A stretch of 34,536 nucleotides of DNA. It comes from Alphaproteobacteria bacterium (GTDB taxonomy: Bacteria; Pseudomonadota; Alphaproteobacteria; Thalassobaculales; Thalassobaculaceae). The stretch's first letter is position 1. Each line of letters opens with the position of its first letter. The position numbers were made by a program, and so were the translations under genes. The notes below the pieces were generated by a model that saw only the letters and a list, made by a program, of their open reading frames with translations, searched no databases and was not told the origin of the DNA. This document shows positions 30,110-34,536 of the stretch, piece after piece. The stretch is from assembly GCA_016780745.1 (NCBI GenBank), contig JADHLJ010000001.1:1-34536 (forward strand), in the 5' to 3' direction.

Positions 30110-31018
30110 ATGGCGTTGGACAATAAAATGGCGGGCAAGGATCTCAATGATGACGATATCCGCGACAAAATCCCGTTGGTTGCCAAGGATCACCCGGACC
30201 ACAAGTCGCGTTTCTCGGTGGCTGGTGTCGAGTTCGGTGGCCCGCTGATCCCGGTGATGGGCGGCCCGAACACCGTTGAGAACGAGGAAATGATCGTCAA
30301 GACCGCCAAGGGCATTAAGGCCTCGGGCGGCCATTTCCTACGCGGCGGCGCGTTCAAGCCGCTGACCTTTCCGTACCGTAGCGAGAAATACTACGAGACC
30401 CGCGAGCAGGGCCTGGAATGGCTTCAGGTTGCCAAGAAGGAAACCGGCCTGCCGGTCGTCACCGAGGTGATGGACGTCGCCAAGATCGACGTGGTCGCAA
30501 AGAACAGCGACATGCTGCAGATCGGCACTCGCAACATGCAGAATTACGTCCTGTTGACCGAGGTCGGCAAGACCGGGATGCCGGTGATGTTGAAGCGGGG
30601 TTATGGCTCCTCGCTTCGTGATTGGCTGATGGCGGCGGAATACATCGCGCTCGAACATGACCGTCTTGGCCAACAGCAGCAGATCGTGCTGTGTGAACGC
30701 GGCGTGGTGTCGAACCATACGCATCGCGCGGGCTCTCGCTTCCTGCTCGATCTTCAAGTGGTTCCGGCGGCCCAGGACGTCACCCATCTCCCGGTGATGA
30801 CCGATCCTTCGCACGCGACTTTCTGGCAGCCCTGGGTGAAGCCGATGATGCTGGCTTCAATTGGCGCCGGCGCGGACGGGCTGATGCTGGAAGTTCATCC
30901 AAACCCGCCTGAAGCCGCCGTCGATCCGCTCCAATGCAGCTCTCTCGAACAGTTCGACGAGATGATGAAGGCGATGCGCCCCGTGGCCGCCGCGATTGGA
31001 CGCACGCTGGACGCGTAA
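30110..31018 (+). CDS. Divergent DAHP-synthase-I-beta / KDO8P-synthase superfamily PEP-dependent aldolase
   Basis: 302 aa, with an AAGGGA SD; the ATG lies 1 nt after the GT1 stop. The backbone motifs are LRGGAFKP, LPVVTEVMD, MLQIGTRNMQNY, PVMLKRG, VLCERG, LPVMTDPSH and GADGLMLEVHPNP..A.VD. There are two deviations from the canon: GGPNTVEN where DAHPS has GPCxVES, and KPLTFPY where it has KPRTSPY. Confidence 0.8.
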   Translation: MALDNKMAGKDLNDDDIRDKIPLVAKDHPDHKSRFSVAGVEFGGPLIPVMGGPNTVENEEMIVKTAKGIKASGGHFLRGGAFKPLTFPYRSEKYYETREQGLEWLQVAKKETGLPVVTEVMDVAKIDVVAKNSDMLQIGTRNMQNYVLLTEVGKTGMPVMLKRGYGSSLRDWLMAAEYIALEHDRLGQQQQIVLCERGVVSNHTHRAGSRFLLDLQVVPAAQDVTHLPVMTDPSHATFWQPWVKPMMLASIGAGADGLMLEVHPNPPEAAVDPLQCSSLEQFDEMMKAMRPVAAAIGRTLDA

Positions 31019-31106
31019 GCGGCCATGATGGAGAATCGGATCCGGTGATGACTCGATTCTCCATGTCTCACGGACTTTCTGGGGCAAGCCCGGGCCGGAA
31101 TGTGCA

Positions 31107-32294
31107 ATGACCCATGTTCTGGTCGACGCGCTGATCGAGCATTTTCGAAATACGCCGCGCGATCGCATGGCGCGTGGCGATTTCTACCGTATCAATCATG
31201 ATTTTGTCGCGGCGGCTCGTGATCAAGGGTTTAACGCGACGATCGAGGATGCGGCCCGGTTGCTTGAAGACGGTGTGTCACCATCGCTCTGGGCCGAAAC
31301 CTCCCGCCAACGCGAGGCGACTCATCTCGCGCTTCGCCAGGTCGCGGGGATGGCGCCCGAGACCGTTCTTGATCGTGCAATTTTGGACTTTTTGAACGGA
31401 TCGCCCGGTGACGCTGTCCGCGGCATTGGCGAAGTTCAACGTCAGGGTATCGAGAGCTTTGGAAAATATCGTTCCATGCTCAATCGTGGACACGACCGTG
31501 GGCTGGCGATCTGGCAGGTTATGAACCCGTTCTATTTCCTGTGGGCGTCGCTGCCGGTCGCTAGGACCACGCCCAGCGATCGATGGCGCGAGGATCAGTT
31601 CAACAACACGCCCGAGCCGACCACCGAGAGCACGCGGTCGGCCAACGATCGTATGCTGGTGGAATTTCTACGCGGCGAGTTGGGTTCCGAGTTCTGGTCG
31701 ACGACAAGCGTGTTGGATTGTGGTTGCGGGCACGGGCATACCGCCAGCTTGCTGATAGATGAACTCGGCGTTGATCCGTCGGCCTACTCCGCCTTTGATC
31801 TGCACGAAAAGCGCGTTGAGCGCACCAGGTCCGTGGCTCTGAGCGCCGCGTCCAACATGTCCGCGACGCCTGCCGGCGCTTCAATAGACGATCGCTTTTT
31901 CCCATTGGATATCCTCGCGGACGACGCACCCAAGCGTATTCAAGCGCTGGGGGAGGTCGATGTGGTTTTTTCGACAAGCTTCACCAACGTGTTCGATGAC
32001 ACGCAACTTCCACTGATCCTGAAAAGGATGACGCTGCCCAAGCCAAAGGTGATCGTTGATATCTCGGTGACCACCAGTTGGGGCTTTTGTATCGGTCGTA
32101 TCGATCCTTCGGCGGCGTATCGAGCGGCGGGCTACCAACTGCGGGTGTCGCGTCTTGAAACGCCCGCGCTAGAGGCGAACGAAACCCATCGGCTATGGAT
32201 GCCGCAACGCTATTGGTCCAATAGAAACATTTTGATCTACGAGAAAATTCCCGGGAGTGACGATCGCGATCTTGGAAAACAGCTTGGCGCTTAG
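31107..32294 (+). CDS. Class I SAM-dependent methyltransferase with ~200-aa N-terminal domain of unknown function
   Basis: 395 aa. SAM motif I is at about residue 205 (SVLDCGCGHGHTASLL), followed by the acidic post-I residue in AFDLHE and motif II-like VDVVFSTSF. I do not recognise the N-terminal half. Confidence 0.65.
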   Translation: MTHVLVDALIEHFRNTPRDRMARGDFYRINHDFVAAARDQGFNATIEDAARLLEDGVSPSLWAETSRQREATHLALRQVAGMAPETVLDRAILDFLNGSPGDAVRGIGEVQRQGIESFGKYRSMLNRGHDRGLAIWQVMNPFYFLWASLPVARTTPSDRWREDQFNNTPEPTTESTRSANDRMLVEFLRGELGSEFWSTTSVLDCGCGHGHTASLLIDELGVDPSAYSAFDLHEKRVERTRSVALSAASNMSATPAGASIDDRFFPLDILADDAPKRIQALGEVDVVFSTSFTNVFDDTQLPLILKRMTLPKPKVIVDISVTTSWGFCIGRIDPSAAYRAAGYQLRVSRLETPALEANETHRLWMPQRYWSNRNILIYEKIPGSDDRDLGKQLGA

Positions 32295-32339
32295 CGAACC
32301 GCGCGGTAAATCAGTTGCGACCCAAAAAGGATAAGGACG

Positions 32340-33230
32340 ATGTCGGACACTCTGTTCCCCGATTTACTCGACAATTCGGTTGCCGTGACCACCGAAAGAT
32401 ACGCGGCGATCCTGGGCCTGGCGCCATCAAAGGGCGCGCGTTCGCCAATTCTGTGGAACGCGGCTTTCGCGGTGGCCGGCATGGACGCGGTGATGCACCC
32501 CTTTGATGTCAACGAGGCCAAGTTGCCCGGTCTTGTCGCCGCGCTGAAAGCCGATCCTCGCTATATCGGCGGCAGTGTCGCGGTGCCGCACAAGCAAGGC
32601 CTGGTGCCGCTTCTCGATCGACTGGAGCCCGAGGCCGAGCGCATCGGCGCGGTAAACGCCATTTACCGTGACGGCGAAGATCTGGTCGGCGCCAATACCG
32701 ACGGCGCTGGGGCCTTGGCGCAGCTTCAAGAGGTTGTCGATGACTTGGCCGGACGGCACGCGATCGTGCTGGGGCTCGGCGGCGCCGGTTTGGCGGTGGC
32801 GGCTTATCTCGCGGCCAATGTTGCCTCGCTTCGGTTGGCGAACCGCACCGCCGAGACGGCAACCGCCTTCGCCGAGCGGTTGGGCGGCAAGGTGCGAGCG
32901 GTTGGGATGCCCAATTCCTCGGCGGATCTGCGCGGCGTCAATCTGATCGTGAACTGCACGTCGGTCGGGCACCAGGACGGCGATCAGGCCTCCTCGCTTG
33001 GTGATAACAGCGAGGCCCTGCTGGATGCCATGCCGGATGACACGGTGGTCTACGACATCATCTATCAGCCGGCGGAAACCGAGTTACTCCGTCAGGCAAA
33101 GGTGATCGGCTTGGTGACCCTGAACGGGCTCGGGATGAACCTGGATCAGGCGGTCATCGCCTTCGAGAAGGCCAATCCCGGACGGCTTTCCATCGACGAG
33201 ATTCGTGACGCCATGCAATCGGCTGGTTGA
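32340..33230 (+). CDS. Shikimate/quinate dehydrogenase family (AroE-like) oxidoreductase paralogue
   Basis: 296 aa. Motifs present are ARSPILWNAAF (SxSPxxHNxxF region), GGSVAVPHKQ (catalytic Lys), IGAVNAIY, GANTDGAGA (catalytic Asp), the Rossmann stretch VLGLGGAGLAVAAYL, the NRT motif and GLGMNLDQAV. AAGGA lies upstream. Confidence 0.8.
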   Translation: MSDTLFPDLLDNSVAVTTERYAAILGLAPSKGARSPILWNAAFAVAGMDAVMHPFDVNEAKLPGLVAALKADPRYIGGSVAVPHKQGLVPLLDRLEPEAERIGAVNAIYRDGEDLVGANTDGAGALAQLQEVVDDLAGRHAIVLGLGGAGLAVAAYLAANVASLRLANRTAETATAFAERLGGKVRAVGMPNSSADLRGVNLIVNCTSVGHQDGDQASSLGDNSEALLDAMPDDTVVYDIIYQPAETELLRQAKVIGLVTLNGLGMNLDQAVIAFEKANPGRLSIDEIRDAMQSAG

Positions 33231-33237
33231 GCCGTAA

Positions 33238-33741
33238 ATGACCGTCATACTGGTTCGTGATCCAGCCCAGGCCAGGCTGCCCCAGGAAGACGACGACGCG
33301 TTCTGGCCGCTTGATTTCGATCGAGCCGTCGATAGTCCCCTTGAAGACGTGCTTGCGGAATTCGATGTGGTGATACCGGCGGATGATCTCCGCGTCGCCC
33401 CGCGACTGAGCGGCAAGGCACGGGTCGCGCTGCACTGTGTCCGGCTCGAGGCGTTGGAGCATTTGATCTCCATCGCCGGCGATTTCGACATCATTTTCAG
33501 TCCTAGCCTTTTGACGCGTCTGGATCGGCACCGGTCGTTGCGGCCGACATTGTTGGCGGCGCGGGCGATGGATGCCGGGCATCGGATCGTGGCGGCTGAT
33601 CTGGGATCCGAGACCGGTGGTGCCGGCATGTCGGCGGAACTGAAAGACACTGTCATCGGACGCGTGCTGCTCTATGATTTGCCGTCCGGATCGGCCATCG
33701 ATTTCGGGATGATCGGAGAGCGCGGGGAGGAACCGGCGTGA
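33238..33741 (+). CDS. Hypothetical acidic protein, no recognisable family
   Basis: 167-aa ORF. It starts 7 nt after the AroE-like stop, and its stop overlaps the next gene's GTG (GTGA). Codon composition resembles its neighbours. The coding call rests on this operon packing. Confidence 0.55.
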   Translation: MTVILVRDPAQARLPQEDDDAFWPLDFDRAVDSPLEDVLAEFDVVIPADDLRVAPRLSGKARVALHCVRLEALEHLISIAGDFDIIFSPSLLTRLDRHRSLRPTLLAARAMDAGHRIVAADLGSETGGAGMSAELKDTVIGRVLLYDLPSGSAIDFGMIGERGEEPA

Positions 33742-34418
33742 TCAGCGTGGTGCTGCGGGCCAAGAACGAGGCGTTCTGGATGGACAAATGTCTGACCGCG
33801 CTTCGCAATCAACGGGTGCCGGACATCGATGTCGTCCTTGTCGACAACGAATCGACGGATGACACGGTGGCGATTTCCGAGGCCCATGGAGTGACGCTGC
33901 GGACGATCACTCGAGACGAGTTCTCTTATGGCCGCGCCCTCAATATCGGCATCGAGGCGGCCCGTCACGACGTGGTCGCGCTGCTGTCCTCGCATTGCGT
34001 GCCGATCGACGAGCTTTGGGCGGACTATCTGTTGGCGCATCTCGGACCCGAGGGCGATCCGGCGGTGTGCGGAGTTTATGGCCGGCAAGAACCGATGCCC
34101 GATACGAGCGCCATCGACAAGCGTGACCTCTGGACAACTTTTCGCGATGAGCGGGTGCGTCAGTGCCGGGATTATTTCTTCCACAACGCCAATTCCGGCA
34201 TTCGCAAGTCGATCTGGAGGGATGAGCCGTTCGACGAGGAGATCCGAGGTGTCGAGGATCGGGAATGGGGCAAGCGAATGATCCGCCTCGGCCATGAAAT
34301 CGTCTACGAGCCGCATCTCCGGGTTTACCATCAGCACGGCATCCATCAGGGTCGCGACGAGGGGCGGGCCAAGCGGGTCGCCGAGGTCATCGACTACATC
34401 CGCACGAGCGTGCCATGA
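33738..34418 (+). CDS. GT2-like (GT-A fold) glycosyltransferase
   Basis: 226 aa with a GTG start. It reads ISVVLRAKNEAFWMDKCLTALRNQRVPDIDVVLVDNESTDDT..., then FSYGRALNIGIEAARHDVVALLSSHCVP and later RGVEDREWGKRM. This layout is typical of short GT2 proteins. Confidence 0.65.
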   Translation: MISVVLRAKNEAFWMDKCLTALRNQRVPDIDVVLVDNESTDDTVAISEAHGVTLRTITRDEFSYGRALNIGIEAARHDVVALLSSHCVPIDELWADYLLAHLGPEGDPAVCGVYGRQEPMPDTSAIDKRDLWTTFRDERVRQCRDYFFHNANSGIRKSIWRDEPFDEEIRGVEDREWGKRMIRLGHEIVYEPHLRVYHQHGIHQGRDEGRAKRVAEVIDYIRTSVP

Positions 34419-34536
34419 GCGAAACCTTAATCATCGTGCCGGTCCTGGCGGCCTCGAAGAGCACCGAGGCGATCCTTAAACCATTGCGCGGGCCGTCCAG
34501 TCTGGAGCGGACCCTTGCCGCCGTGATCGAGGATCT
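34415..34536 (+). CDS. 5' end of a possible sugar nucleotidyltransferase (cytidylyltransferase-like), truncated by the window edge
   Basis: Its ATG overlaps the GT2 stop (ATGA). My own translation is MSETLIIVPVLAASKSTEAILKPLRGPSSLERTLAAVIED. It loosely follows the IIPARxxSKRxxxKxLxxLxGxPLI N-terminal pattern of CMP-sugar synthetases, but the Arg and the KN are not conserved. Only 40 codons are visible. Confidence 0.3.
   Translation, partial: MSETLIIVPVLAASKSTEAILKPLRGPSSLERTLAAVIED

Noticed and set aside
30110-33230. Reading the DAHPS-like and AroE-like genes as ordinary aromatic amino acid biosynthesis genes (aroG/aroE)
   Set aside because: Both show changes in substrate/metal-binding motifs. 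They are separated by a methyltransferase, flanked by glycosyltransferases with 1-nt and 7-nt spacings, and no other aro genes are nearby. This is not fully excluded without seeing the rest of the genome.
33672-34346. 224-aa minus-strand ORF opposite the GT2 gene
   Set aside because: The plus-strand frame has clear GT2 motifs and operon-style overlaps with its neighbours, while the antisense frame has none.

Overview
High-GC chromosomal window that looks alphaproteobacterial; this is inferred from gene order (sucB-lpdA, priA-atpHAGDC) and composition. It has two parts.

(A) Positions 1-16,990 are core housekeeping. They hold the 3' end of sucB, lpdA, a co-directional tal / DUF484 / xerC string, priA, the F1 ATP-synthase operon atpHAGDC, and a ydbH-ynbE-ydbL (AsmA-like envelope lipid transport) operon. 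The only interruption is a ~1.2 kb strongly AT-rich islet (~1,700-2,920). It carries one orphan multi-TM protein gene that starts 4 nt after the xerC stop.

(B) Positions 16,972-34,536 are a tightly packed accessory glycosylation locus that runs off the right edge. It contains:
- a PrtD/HlyD-type type I secretion ABC + MFP pair, apparently co-transcribed with a TPR + GT9(heptosyltransferase-like) fusion protein;
- two more TPR-GT9 paralogues, each translationally coupled to an upstream GT4;
- an oppositely oriented DXD GT-A-like gene, a GT1 and a GT2;
- a sub-cluster with a divergent DAHP-synthase-like PEP aldolase (metal-ligand Cys replaced by Asn), a SAM methyltransferase with an unknown N-domain, an AroE-like dehydrogenase paralogue, an orphan acidic protein and a possible nucleotidyltransferase.

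No undecaprenyl-phosphate initiating transferase, flippase, polymerase or Wzm/Wzt is visible. My leading hypothesis is therefore an undescribed cytoplasmic protein-glycosylation system coupled to T1SS export that uses an unusual PEP-derived acidic sugar. This is inference, not demonstrated.

I recognised no rRNA, tRNA, CRISPR, transposase or phage genes. Many long antisense ORFs in the track are high-GC shadow frames.
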